A stretch of 64,000 nucleotides of DNA from Longimicrobiales bacterium (GTDB lineage: Bacteria; Gemmatimonadota; Gemmatimonadetes; Longimicrobiales; Gaopeijiaceae). The notes beneath the pieces are model-generated. The model was not told the DNA's origin. It worked only from the letters and a program-made list of their open reading frames with translations, and searched no databases. Made by a program: the position numbers and the translations under genes. Shown here piece by piece: positions 9,449-22,772 of the stretch (within the stretch, counting starts at the first letter, position 1; every line of letters begins with the position of its first letter). The stretch covers positions 2,528,001 to 2,592,000 of the forward strand of contig OZ241892.1 of NCBI GenBank assembly GCA_965203485.1, written 5' to 3'.

Positions 9449-10948
9449 CTATCGGGTGTAGATCAGGAGAACGCCGTTGACGGCGCGGTCGCCGTAGAGC
9501 AAGGTCGCGTCCATGGGCGCGATGAACTGGACCCGGCGGACGTCGCGCGGATTCAGCTCCGACAGGAAAAACGCCGGCTCCGGCACGATCCCCTCGTTGA
9601 TGCGCACCTCCACCATGTTGCACGTGTTCGGCGTCGCGCCCGTGCGCCGGCGCGTCATCTCGATGCACGTGCCCATCTGCATCCGCCCGAACGCATTGGG
9701 CATGGGCGCCTCGCGGATGGAGATGCCCGGCGCGCGCACCTGCCGGACCAACCCGGCGAAGTCGACGACGCGGGGCGCGACCGAGTCCATCTGCGCTTCG
9801 GTTAGGCCGACGAAGCGGACGCCGGTCGTGGTGAAGACGTGTTCGTCGCGCCTGCCGGTGACGACGATGGGCTCCAAGGCGATGGCCTCCGTCGAGAGAA
9901 CGATCTCGAGTCCCAACGCCTCGTCGCTGAAGACGGTCAGCGAGTCGACCCTCGTCGCATAGCCGAGCTGGCCCGTCTCGATCGTCTGCCGTCCGGGGGG
10001 AACGCCGGAGAACCTGAATCGTCCCGCCGAGTCGGCCAGCGTGGAGAAGGCGGAGCCGAGCAGCTGCACGCGAGCGCCCACCAAAGGCGCCCGGGTCGCG
10101 TAGTCCAGCACCGAGCCCGTGATCGTCACGGGCTCCGATATGGTGATCGCGAGGTCGAGCGTCCGCGGGCCGACCGAGGGCACGGGGACGGGAAGGTTCT
10201 TCGAGGCGCCGAACTCGACCTGGACGACAGCCTGCGGGTCGGCGGGCAAGTTGCAGAGCAGGTACTCGCCGTTGCTCTCGGTGCGCGCTTCGGCCACGAC
10301 GGGGCGCGTCCTCAACGCCCCTTGGCGGGCGCCGTGAACCTTGATCACCGCTTGCGGGAGGGGGACTCCGGTGAGCGCGTCGGTCACCACTCCGCCCACC
10401 GACACCGGGCCGGCGCCGGGTTCCGCCGCGCACCACGCGCCGATGATCGTCTCGCGCGACGGGACCGTCAAGTACGCGTCCGCCGTTTCCCCCGCCAGGA
10501 CGGCGACCCGCCGCGGGGCGCCGTTGATGCCCAGGACGCCCAACCGAGGGTGAAAGAATGCGATCTCGTGCTCGCCCGCCGGCACGTCGTCCAGCTGGAA
10601 CCGGCCGTCCTCGCCCGACTCGCCGACCGTGGACGTCCCCATCACGGCGACGCGGGCCCCGGCCAGCGGGGCGCTGGCGGTGCTGTCGTAGACGAGCCCC
10701 ACCACGGTCCCAGTGGGCGGCGCCTCCTCCTGCGCGGCGGCCGGGGCGGCGGCGCAGAACGCCGAGAGCAGACCACCGAGCAGGAGCCGCGCGACTCGCC
10801 GAGGCGGGCCGTGCGCCTTGCCGTGGGCGGCCCAGCCGCCGACGCCGGCTCGGCCGACCCGGGCGAAGCGGAAGCCCCCGCGCGCACCGCCCGCACGGGA
10901 ACCAATCTCGACAGCCCGCGGCCGGGCCGCGATTCGGGACGTCGTCAT
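9449..10948 (-). CDS. Secreted protein with carboxypeptidase-regulatory-like domains and a C-terminal TonB plug-like domain, no barrel
   Basis: Signal-like 'LLLGGLLSAFCAAAPAAAQ'; three 'G.V.D..T..PL.GA.V' repeats; ends 'YGDRAVNGVLLIYTR'. Confidence 0.75.
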   Translation of the reverse strand: MTTSRIAARPRAVEIGSRAGGARGGFRFARVGRAGVGGWAAHGKAHGPPRRVARLLLGGLLSAFCAAAPAAAQEEAPPTGTVVGLVYDSTASAPLAGARVAVMGTSTVGESGEDGRFQLDDVPAGEHEIAFFHPRLGVLGINGAPRRVAVLAGETADAYLTVPSRETIIGAWCAAEPGAGPVSVGGVVTDALTGVPLPQAVIKVHGARQGALRTRPVVAEARTESNGEYLLCNLPADPQAVVQVEFGASKNLPVPVPSVGPRTLDLAITISEPVTITGSVLDYATRAPLVGARVQLLGSAFSTLADSAGRFRFSGVPPGRQTIETGQLGYATRVDSLTVFSDEALGLEIVLSTEAIALEPIVVTGRRDEHVFTTTGVRFVGLTEAQMDSVAPRVVDFAGLVRQVRAPGISIREAPMPNAFGRMQMGTCIEMTRRRTGATPNTCNMVEVRINEGIVPEPAFFLSELNPRDVRRVQFIAPMDATLLYGDRAVNGVLLIYTR

Positions 10949-11178
10949 GCTGGCTCGTGGCCTCCTTTCCGCGCCGTGGGACCTCCCGCGCCCGCCGGAG
11001 ACTCGCCGCGTCGCGGGACATCTTGTCAAATCATAACGAGTGCGGCCGACGCTCCCGAAGTATATTCTGGCGTTCGCGGGCCATGCTGCCGACGGTCCAC
11101 AAGCGTTGGCGCGCGCGCTTGCCCGCCCTGCCAAGGCCGAGCGGGGCCGGCGGGGACCCGTGCCGGAGGAGCCAGCCG

Positions 11179-11925
11179 TTGGCCGGACACAGCAAGTGGG
11201 CGCAGATCAAGCGCAAGAAGGCGGTGAACGACCAGAAGCGCGGCCAGATGTTCACCAAGCTGATCCGCGAACTCACCGTCGCGGCCCGGGGTGGCGGCGG
11301 AGACCCGGCGTTCAACCCGCGGCTGCGCCTGGCCGTGGACACGGCCAAGAGCGCCAACATGCCCCAGGAGAACATCGACCGCGCCATCAAGCGGGGCACG
11401 GGCGAACTCGAAGGCGTCACCTACGAGGAGGTCGTGTACGAGGGCTACGGCCCGGGGGGCGTGGCGCTCTACATCGAGACGCTCACCGACAACCAAAAGC
11501 GCACGGTGGCCGAGGTGCGGCATCTGCTCGACAAGCACGGCGGCAACCTGGGGTCGCCGGGGTCGGTGGCGTGGCAGTTCGCGCGCAAGGGGACGATCTT
11601 CGTCGACGCGACCGCGGCCGAGGAGGACGCGGTCTTCGAGGCGGCCGTGGACGCGGGGGCGGAGGACGTGAGCGCGTCGGAGGGCGAGCTGGTCGTGACG
11701 ACGGCGCCGAGCGAACTGCACGAGGTTGGGCGGGCGCTGGAGAAGGCGGGAGTCCCTGTCGCATCGTCCCAATGGACCATGGTCGCGAACAGCGACGTCG
11801 CGGTAGCCGAGCGGGACGGGGCGCGCCTGCTCAAGCTGCTCGACCTGCTCGACGGGCACGACGACGTCCAGCAGGTGCACTCGAACGCCGCATTGGACGC
11901 GGAGTTGCTGGCCCGGGCCCTGTGA
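11179..11925 (+). CDS. yebC: YebC/PmpR family regulator
   Basis: TTG start with SD GGAGGAG; 'AGHSKWAQIKRKK', 'YEGYGPGG'. Confidence 0.95.
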   Translation: MAGHSKWAQIKRKKAVNDQKRGQMFTKLIRELTVAARGGGGDPAFNPRLRLAVDTAKSANMPQENIDRAIKRGTGELEGVTYEEVVYEGYGPGGVALYIETLTDNQKRTVAEVRHLLDKHGGNLGSPGSVAWQFARKGTIFVDATAAEEDAVFEAAVDAGAEDVSASEGELVVTTAPSELHEVGRALEKAGVPVASSQWTMVANSDVAVAERDGARLLKLLDLLDGHDDVQQVHSNAALDAELLARAL

Positions 11926-12440
11926 GCCGGGCGGGCGGCCTGTTCCTGGGCATCGATCCGGGTACCGCCGCGACCGGCTTCGGCGTCGTGCGCGTGGACC
12001 AGAGGCGGCGGACGAACTTGGTCGAGTGCGGGGTGGTGCGGACATCGGCGGGCGCGGCCCTGCCGGCGCGGTTGCGCGAGGTCCACGAGGCGGTGGCCGG
12101 ACTGGTCGACGAGTTCGAGCCGGCGGCGATGTCGATCGAGAACGTCTTCCACGGCAAGAACACCCGCACCGCGCTCACGCTGGGCCACGCGCGCGGGGTG
12201 ATCCTGCTCGCGGCGGCCCAGGCGGGCGTGGAGGTGGCGGAATACACGCCGGCCCAGATCAAGCGCGCGGTCGCGGGAACGGGGACGGCGTCGAAGGAAC
12301 AGGTGGCGTACATGGTGCAGCAGCACCTGCGGCTGGAGTCGCCGCCCCGGCCCAGCGACGCCGCCGACGGGGTGGCGGCCGCGCTCTGCCACGGGCTGCT
12401 GGCGCCGTCGCCGGGGCAGACCGCAGCAGGGCCGGCGTGA
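11922..12440 (+). CDS. ruvC: Holliday junction resolvase RuvC
   Basis: 'LGIDPGTAATGFG', 'LGHARGV', 'DAADGVAAA'; GTGA overlap with yebC. Confidence 0.95.
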   Translation: MSRAGGLFLGIDPGTAATGFGVVRVDQRRRTNLVECGVVRTSAGAALPARLREVHEAVAGLVDEFEPAAMSIENVFHGKNTRTALTLGHARGVILLAAAQAGVEVAEYTPAQIKRAVAGTGTASKEQVAYMVQQHLRLESPPRPSDAADGVAAALCHGLLAPSPGQTAAGPA

Positions 12441-13033
12441 TCAGCCGGGTGCGGGGCGAAGTCCTCAGCCGCGAACCGTCGAAGGTAGAGGTGCTGACGG
12501 GCGCGGGCGTCGTCTACGAGATCCACGTGCCGCTCTCCGTCTTTCGGCGGCTGCCGGCGGAAGGAGAGGCGACGGAACTCCTGACGGTCTTCACCGTGCG
12601 CGACGACGCCCACACCCTGTTCGGGTTCCTGGACGAGCGGGAGCGGACGCTCTTCACGCGCCTCGTGTCCGTGCAGAAGGTCGGGGCGCGGCTGGGCCTG
12701 GCGATGATGAGCATGTACCACGCCGGGCGGCTGGTCCGCGTCCTGGCCGAGAAGGACGTGCAGGCGCTGGTGCAGGTGAGCGGCGTCGGCAAAAAGACCG
12801 CCGAGCGCATCGTGCTGGAGCTGAGCGACAAGGTGCACGACTTGGCGGCGTCGGACGACCTGGAAGGAGCCGAGGCGACGGCTGCGGCAGAGGCCGCCAA
12901 GGCCCTGGTCGCGCTGGGCTACGCGTTCGCCGACGCCGAGGCGGCGGTGCGCGAGGCCGTGGTCACGGACGGCCTGGCCGACGTCGAGGACATCCTGCGG
13001 CAAGTGCTGGCGAGACGGGCGCGTGACGGCTGA
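12437..13033 (+). CDS. ruvA: Holliday junction branch migration protein RuvA
   Basis: 'ISRVRGE', 'LFGFLD', HhH 'VSGVGKKTAERIVLEL'. Confidence 0.95.
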   Translation: MISRVRGEVLSREPSKVEVLTGAGVVYEIHVPLSVFRRLPAEGEATELLTVFTVRDDAHTLFGFLDERERTLFTRLVSVQKVGARLGLAMMSMYHAGRLVRVLAEKDVQALVQVSGVGKKTAERIVLELSDKVHDLAASDDLEGAEATAAAEAAKALVALGYAFADAEAAVREAVVTDGLADVEDILRQVLARRARDG

Positions 13034-13192
13034 GCCGGACCACGACGCGGGCGGGCGGACCGGAAGTCGAGCGCGCCCGGGGTTCTCGCGCGGCCGACGG
13101 CCGGACGGCGGCCGCGGGGTCGAGGCCCGAGCCCGGCTGCCGGCGGCGGGCCGGGGCCGGAGACACGCACACGACAGCGGCGAGGCGTTGCC

Positions 13193-17059
<3,867 letters not shown>

Positions 17060-17123
17060 CCGTCCAGGAGGCACGTAGCCGCACCAAGAGGGCCACGGGG
17101 ACGACGGCTTGCGGGACCGAGAC

Positions 17124-17642
17124 GTGACGGTTCGCGTCATCGAGACGCTCGGCGCCCCGGTGCTCCGCAAAAGGGCGGCGCCCGTGGACGAGATCACCGA
17201 CGACGTGCGAGCCCTCGTGCGCGACCTCTTCGACACGATGTACGCCGCCGAAGGCGTAGGGCTGGCGGCGCCGCAGGTGGGAGTGTCGCAACGCGTCATG
17301 GTGGTGGACGCGTCGAGTCAGGAATCCGGCGAAGGACGGTACGCGCTGGTCAACCCGGAAGTGGCGCGCGCAAGCCGCGCGACGGGGAAGGAAGTAGAGG
17401 GTTGCCTGAGCATTCCCGGCATCGAGGACTCGGTGGAGCGGCCGCTGGAGGTCGAGGTGTCGGCGCTGGACGCGGACGGCAACGACGTGACGATCGAGGC
17501 CGCCGGAATTCTCGCGCGGGCCCTCCAGCACGAGATCGACCACTTGGACGGCGTCCTCTTCATCGACCGCGTGTCCGCCTTCAAGCGCAGCCTGCTACTC
17601 AAGAAGTGGCGGAAGAGCCGAGCGGGCCAAGCCGGACGCTGA
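17124..17642 (+). CDS. def: Peptide deformylase
   Basis: 'GVGLAAPQVG', 'EGCLSIP', 'QHEIDHLDG'. Alternative start at 17109. Confidence 0.96.
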   Translation: MTVRVIETLGAPVLRKRAAPVDEITDDVRALVRDLFDTMYAAEGVGLAAPQVGVSQRVMVVDASSQESGEGRYALVNPEVARASRATGKEVEGCLSIPGIEDSVERPLEVEVSALDADGNDVTIEAAGILARALQHEIDHLDGVLFIDRVSAFKRSLLLKKWRKSRAGQAGR

Positions 17643-17668
17643 CGGCGCCGGCTCCCCGGGCGGAAGGC

Positions 17669-18607
17669 GTGACGAGGACGCTGTTCTGGGGCACGCCGGA
17701 GTTCGCCCTGCCCTCGTTGAGGACCTTGCTGGACGGCGGCGCGGGGGACTGCGAGGTGGTTGGGGTCGTCACTCGCCCGCCCCGGCCGCGCGGCCGGGGC
17801 TGCAAGACCAGCCGCTCGCCCGTCGCGGCGTACGCCGCTTCGAGGAACGCGTTGGTCTTGGAGCCGGAGAATCCGAACGCGCCGCAGTTCGTGGGCACGC
17901 TTCGCGGCATCGCGCCGGACGTCTCCGTCGTAGTCGCCTACGGACGCATCCTCTCCGCCGAAGCGCTCGGCGCGGCCCGCCTGGGATCGTTCAACCTGCA
18001 CGCCTCGCTTCTCCCGGCTCTGCGAGGCGCGGCGCCCGTCGCCTGGGCCGTTGCCCGGGGACATCCCGAGACGGGCGCCACCGTGATGCGCATGGTGCGC
18101 CAGATGGACGCCGGGCCGATCTTGGCCCAAGAACGCATGCGCATCCACGAGACCGACACCGGCTCCACGCTCGCCCGGCGAATCGCCGACCGCGGCGCCC
18201 GGCTCCTGGCCGAGACGATCGCCCGAGTCGCCGGCGGCGGCGGCGAAGAGACGGAACAGGACCACGCCGCCGCCACCTTCGCGCCCAAGCTGACTCGCGA
18301 GTCGGCGCGAATCGACTGGCGGGGTTCGGCACGCGACGTGACCAACCTCGCGCGCGCGATGGACGCCGCCCCCGGCGCGTGGACGGCGTTGCGGGGCACG
18401 CCGCTCAAGCTGTTCGCGCCCGCAGTCGTGGACGGCCAAGGCGAGCCCGGCGTCGTGCTGGCCGCAGACTCTCGCGAAGGACTCGTCGTGGCTGCCGGCG
18501 ACGGCGCAGTGCGGTTCGGCGAGCTGCAGCCGCCGGGCAAGCGGCGCATGCCGGCGACGGCGTGGACATCGGGACGCGGCATCGCTCCCGGCGACTGCTT
18601 GGAATAG
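17669..18607 (+). CDS. fmt: Methionyl-tRNA formyltransferase
   Basis: 'FWGTPEFA', 'NLHASLLPALRGAAP', 'MDAGP'; follows def. Confidence 0.95.
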   Translation: MTRTLFWGTPEFALPSLRTLLDGGAGDCEVVGVVTRPPRPRGRGCKTSRSPVAAYAASRNALVLEPENPNAPQFVGTLRGIAPDVSVVVAYGRILSAEALGAARLGSFNLHASLLPALRGAAPVAWAVARGHPETGATVMRMVRQMDAGPILAQERMRIHETDTGSTLARRIADRGARLLAETIARVAGGGGEETEQDHAAATFAPKLTRESARIDWRGSARDVTNLARAMDAAPGAWTALRGTPLKLFAPAVVDGQGEPGVVLAADSREGLVVAAGDGAVRFGELQPPGKRRMPATAWTSGRGIAPGDCLE

Positions 18608-18609
18608 CG

Positions 18610-19326
18610 ATGGCCGTCCGGGGCGGCGGCGGGGACCAATCGGTTTGTGGGCCGCTTCGCCGCGGACGGTCGGCGGACCGCTCGCCGCCCCGCCCCGCCG
18701 TACCCCGTCTTCATGTTCTCGCCGACGACGACCTCGTCGCGTCCCCGGGCCTCGAGGACCGCTTGGCGCCGCTGGCCGAGGCAGGCGGCCCGGGCTTGGC
18801 AATCCAGTTGCGGGCGCGCACTGCGGCCGCCCGCCGGGTCCACGAGGCCGCGTGCCGGCTGGTGCGTGCCGCGGGCGCCGTGACGCTGGTAAGCGACCGC
18901 GTGGACATCGGACTGGCCGCCGGGGCGGGCGGCGTGCATCTGCGGGAAGACTCGATGCCGGTCGAGGACGCCAAGGCGCTCGTCGCCCGGACCGCGTCCC
19001 CAAGCCGGACGCCGTTCCTGGTCGGCCGGTCCATTCACGTCGCCGAGCAGGCGGCCGAGCCCTGGGCGGAACTTGCGGACTACTTGGTCTTCGGCGCCGT
19101 GTGGGCCACCCGCTCGCACCCCGGACGGGCGGCGGCGGGCATCGAGGCGCTGGCGGCCGCCGTTGACCGCGCCCCCGTGCCCGTGCTCGCGATAGGCGGC
19201 GTGACGCCGGAAGGGGCCGCGGCGGCACGGGCGGCGGGAGCGTGGGGCGTGGTCGTCCGCAGCGGCGTCTGGCGGGCGGCGAACGCCGCCGGGGCGGCGA
19301 TCCGGTATCTTGAGACGTTGGGCTGA
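18610..19326 (+). CDS. thiE: Thiamine-phosphate synthase / TenI family protein
   Basis: 'IQLRA', 'SDRVD', 'GVHL', 'GRSIH', 'PVLAIGGVT'; adjacent to thiS-thiG. Several ThiE catalytic positions deviate. Confidence 0.75.
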   Translation: MAVRGGGGDQSVCGPLRRGRSADRSPPRPAVPRLHVLADDDLVASPGLEDRLAPLAEAGGPGLAIQLRARTAAARRVHEAACRLVRAAGAVTLVSDRVDIGLAAGAGGVHLREDSMPVEDAKALVARTASPSRTPFLVGRSIHVAEQAAEPWAELADYLVFGAVWATRSHPGRAAAGIEALAAAVDRAPVPVLAIGGVTPEGAAAARAAGAWGVVVRSGVWRAANAAGAAIRYLETLG

Positions 19327-19436
19327 TGCCCAGCGCCGGTGCGAGCCGCGTGCATGGCGCCCTCGGCCGCGTGCAGGACCCACCCGCGAGTCCCCCGCCG
19401 TCCTCCGAACCGCTCGGAGGAGAAGCGAAACTCAAG

Positions 19437-19658
19437 ATGACGGAAAGCACCGGCGTCGTCTCGATTCAGGTCAACGGGGACGAGCGGGAGGTCGGGGCGG
19501 GAACCAGCGTCGCGGAGCTGGTGGCCGGCCTCTCGTTGCAGCCGGGAGCCGTCGTCGTCGAGCGCAACCGCGAGATTCTTGCTCGCGACGCTCTGTCGTC
19601 GACGTCCTTGGAAGACGGGGACCGCATCGAACTCGTGCACTTCGTGGGAGGCGGATGA
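19437..19658 (+). CDS. thiS: Sulfur carrier protein ThiS
   Basis: 'IQVNG', 'VVERN', C-terminal 'FVGGG'. Confidence 0.93.
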   Translation: MTESTGVVSIQVNGDEREVGAGTSVAELVAGLSLQPGAVVVERNREILARDALSSTSLEDGDRIELVHFVGGG

Positions 19659-20462
19659 ATGGCGAGCGGGGCCGACGGCCTGGAGATCGGCGGCAGGCGC
19701 TTCGAGTCGCGACTGATCCTGGGCACGGGCAAGTACCGCACGGGCGAGCAGATGGTGGCCGCGATCCGGGCGAGCGGGGCCGAGATGGTGACGGTGGCCG
19801 TGCGGCGCGCGGACCTTCGCCGGGGCGGGGAGGACGGCATCCTCCATCACCTGAGCCCCGACGACTTCTTCCTGTTGCCGAACACGGCCGGATGCTTCGA
19901 CGCGGCCGAAGCGGTGCGCTACGCCCGCTTGGGGCGGGCCGCAGGACTCAGCGAATGGGTCAAGCTGGAGGTCATCGGCGACCAGCGCACGCTCCTGCCC
20001 GACGTCGCCGCCACGCTCGAAGCCGCGTCCGAACTCGTCGCCGACGGGTTTCGGGTCCTGGCCTACACGAACGACGATCTGGTCGTCGCGCTCCGCCTGG
20101 AGGACGCCGGCTGCGCGGCCGTCATGCCGCTGGCCAGCCCGATAGGCAGCGGTCTGGGTCTCGTGAACCCGTACTACATCCGGGAGATCAAGCGCCGTCT
20201 GTCCGTGCCCGTGATCGTGGACGCAGGCGTGGGCACGGCGTCGGACGCGTGCGTCACCATGGAGCAGGGCGTGGACGGCGTGCTCATGAACACGGCGATC
20301 GCCGCCGCGGCCGATCCCGTGCGCATGGCCGGGGCGATGAAATGGGCCGTTCGGGCGGGACGGGCCGCGTACGTGGCCGGGCGCATGGAGTCCAAGGAGA
20401 TCGCCGCGCCCTCCTCGCCCCTGGCGGGGATGCTGGACGCGGGGGAGGCGCAGGGGCGGTAG
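19659..20462 (+). CDS. thiG: Thiazole synthase ThiG
   Basis: 'SRLILGTGKY', 'LPNTAGC', 'VKLEV', 'MPLASPIGSG', 'DAGVG'. Confidence 0.96.
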   Translation: MASGADGLEIGGRRFESRLILGTGKYRTGEQMVAAIRASGAEMVTVAVRRADLRRGGEDGILHHLSPDDFFLLPNTAGCFDAAEAVRYARLGRAAGLSEWVKLEVIGDQRTLLPDVAATLEAASELVADGFRVLAYTNDDLVVALRLEDAGCAAVMPLASPIGSGLGLVNPYYIREIKRRLSVPVIVDAGVGTASDACVTMEQGVDGVLMNTAIAAAADPVRMAGAMKWAVRAGRAAYVAGRMESKEIAAPSSPLAGMLDAGEAQGR

Positions 20463-21817
20463 CGGCCTTCGATCGCGACGCCGGGAACGGCCGCGATGCA
20501 GGACGCGCAACCCCGGGGGAACGCGCGCTCGCCGCGTCGATCCTGGCCGCCGTGGACGCGGGCCGCAGGCTCGACGTAGCGTGGGAAGCGGCAAGGGCGA
20601 ACGAGTCGAAGCGCCGCCGCTGGGTGCGCGCTCTGGTCTACGGCGTCGTGCGGCTGAGGGGCCGGCTCGACCATGCGTTGCGACAGGCTTCGGGGCGCGA
20701 TCCGGACAGTCTGGACCCGCCGGTTCGACTTGCGCTGCGCATGGGCGCCTACCAGCTCCTGGAGATGCGCAGCGTGCCGGCCTACGCGGCCGTCTCCGAG
20801 TCGGTCAAGGCGGTGAGGGCCGGCCGGAGCCGAGCGGCGGCCGGGCTGGTCAACGCAGTACTGAGGAAGCTGGCCGCCTCGCCTCCCGGCACGCTCGCCT
20901 TTCCGGACGCCGAAGAGGACTTGGAGGGGTTCCTCGCGACGTGGGGCTCGCATCCGCGCTGGCTGGTGCGCCGCTGGCTGCGCGGCTTCGGGCCGGACGC
21001 GACGCGGCGGATCGTGGAGGCCAACAACGAAGAGCCGGTCACGTGCCTGCGGCCCGTAGGGGGAACGGCCGGGGCGGGAGCGCACCGGCTGGGGGAGGCG
21101 GGCATCGAGGCGCTCGCCGAACCGGGCGGGTGGATCCGCCTGGCCCCGGGCACCGATCCCGCGGCGGCGTTGCGGGCCGTGCCGGGCGTCGTCCAGGATC
21201 CGGCCGCGTCCCGGGTCGTGGACTACGCGGCGCCCGAGCCGGACACGGTAGTGGCCGACCTCTGCGCGGCGCCCGGCGGCAAGGCCATCGCGCTCGGGGC
21301 CGTCGCGCGGGCCGTCGTGGCGGCGGACGCGTCGGTCGCGCGCCTCGGCCGGGTCGTGGACGGCGTCGCCCGGTTGCGGCGCGGCGGAGCGCCGGCGAAG
21401 GTTTGGCCGGTTGCGGCGGACGCCCGGCGGCCCGCGGTCCGGGGCGCCGCCACGGTCCTCCTGGACGTGCCCTGCGGCGCGACCGGCGTGCTGAGGCGCC
21501 GCCCGGACGTCCGCTGGCGGCTGTCGGAGGATCGCCTGCGGGCGCTCGCCGAGATGCAGCGCTCGATGCTGGACAGCGCGGCGGCGGCGGTTCCGTCCGG
21601 CGGCTTGCTGGTTTACGCTACATGTTCCTTGGAACCGGAGGAGAACGGGTGTCAAGTGGAGGACTTCTTGTCTCGCCACCCGGAGTTTCGGATGGAGCCC
21701 GGTCCGGCCCCTGCGCATCTCCTCGACGCAAGAGGGCGCCTCGCGGTCTTTCCTGCCGCGGGAAAGGGCGGCCACGACGGGGCCTTCGCAGCCCGGATGC
21801 GAAGAGCGGCACGCTGA
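20459..21817 (+). CDS. rsmB: 16S rRNA m5C967 methyltransferase RsmB (NusB + MTase domains)
   Basis: NusB-like 'GLVNAVLR', 'SHPRWLV', 'DLCAAPGGK', 'DVPCGATG', 'YATCSL'. No canonical start codon at the expected position. Confidence 0.88.
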   Translation, partial: VAAFDRDAGNGRDAGRATPGERALAASILAAVDAGRRLDVAWEAARANESKRRRWVRALVYGVVRLRGRLDHALRQASGRDPDSLDPPVRLALRMGAYQLLEMRSVPAYAAVSESVKAVRAGRSRAAAGLVNAVLRKLAASPPGTLAFPDAEEDLEGFLATWGSHPRWLVRRWLRGFGPDATRRIVEANNEEPVTCLRPVGGTAGAGAHRLGEAGIEALAEPGGWIRLAPGTDPAAALRAVPGVVQDPAASRVVDYAAPEPDTVVADLCAAPGGKAIALGAVARAVVAADASVARLGRVVDGVARLRRGGAPAKVWPVAADARRPAVRGAATVLLDVPCGATGVLRRRPDVRWRLSEDRLRALAEMQRSMLDSAAAAVPSGGLLVYATCSLEPEENGCQVEDFLSRHPEFRMEPGPAPAHLLDARGRLAVFPAAGKGGHDGAFAARMRRAAR

Positions 21818-21956
21818 ATGCGGTTCGGCGGCTTCGTCGTGGGCCCTGGCGCGCTCCGGGCGGCCGAGCGGACGCAATGGGATGCACGCTGACGGATCTC
21901 CGCAACGCGGGGTTCGCGCCGTGGACGGCGCCGGCGCCGCAGAGGGCGGCTCGCTG

Positions 21957-22772
21957 ATGGGCCTCGGCAGCTCCATTCGGCGCCGCCGGACTCGTCGGCC
22001 CAGCGACGACGCGGCCCCCGCACCGCGACGAACGCTCCGCGACGCGGCCCGCCGCGCAGGAATCGCGCTCGGGACCGTGCTGGCGGGAGCCATCGCGGGG
22101 CACCAGGCGGCGGTCTTCTTCTTCTTCCCTCCGCGAGAGTCCCCCGTCGCGCTCCAGGAGGTGCCCGACTTCAGGGGAATGACGAACGCCGCCGCCATGC
22201 AGCTCGTCGCATCCTCGGGATTGGAGGCCCGCGGACTCGACCCGGTCCACCACCCGCAAGCCCCCCGCGGGACGGTAATAGGCCAGAGCCCGTTGCCGGG
22301 GCGCACGGCCCTGCGCGGCGCCGGAGTCCGGCTGGCCGTTTCGGCCGGCCCCTTGGTGCGCGCCGTGCCCGACGTGACGCGGCTGCCCGGCCAGCGCGCC
22401 GCCGACGTGCTGGCCGCCGCCGGGTTCGCCGTGCTGGTCGACACCGTGGAGTCGCTCGACCCGGCGGACCGCGTGATCGGCATCGAGCCGGCCCCCGGCG
22501 ACACGCTCGCCGTCCCCAGCGCCATCCGCCTGCAGGTCAGCAGCGGTCCGCCGACGTTCGCGATGCCGGACCTGACCGGCGTGGACGAAAGCCGCGCGCT
22601 CGCCCTGCTCGACTCGCTGGGTCTCGTCGTCGGCGAGGTGGAGCGCCGCTTCAGCCTGCTCAACCAAGGGGCCGTGTTCGGCCAAGCTCCGCCCCCCGGC
22701 GCGTTGACCGAACACGGCGGGCGCGTGAGCCTGGTCGTCGGCGAACCGCCCCGCCGCCGCGCGAGGCGATGA
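21957..22772 (+). CDS. Membrane-anchored PASTA-domain protein (three PASTA repeats)
   Basis: TM segment then 'VPDFRG', 'VPDVTR', 'MPDLTG' repeats with 'V.LAVSAGP'-type ends. Confidence 0.85.
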   Translation: MGLGSSIRRRRTRRPSDDAAPAPRRTLRDAARRAGIALGTVLAGAIAGHQAAVFFFFPPRESPVALQEVPDFRGMTNAAAMQLVASSGLEARGLDPVHHPQAPRGTVIGQSPLPGRTALRGAGVRLAVSAGPLVRAVPDVTRLPGQRAADVLAAAGFAVLVDTVESLDPADRVIGIEPAPGDTLAVPSAIRLQVSSGPPTFAMPDLTGVDESRALALLDSLGLVVGEVERRFSLLNQGAVFGQAPPPGALTEHGGRVSLVVGEPPRRRARR

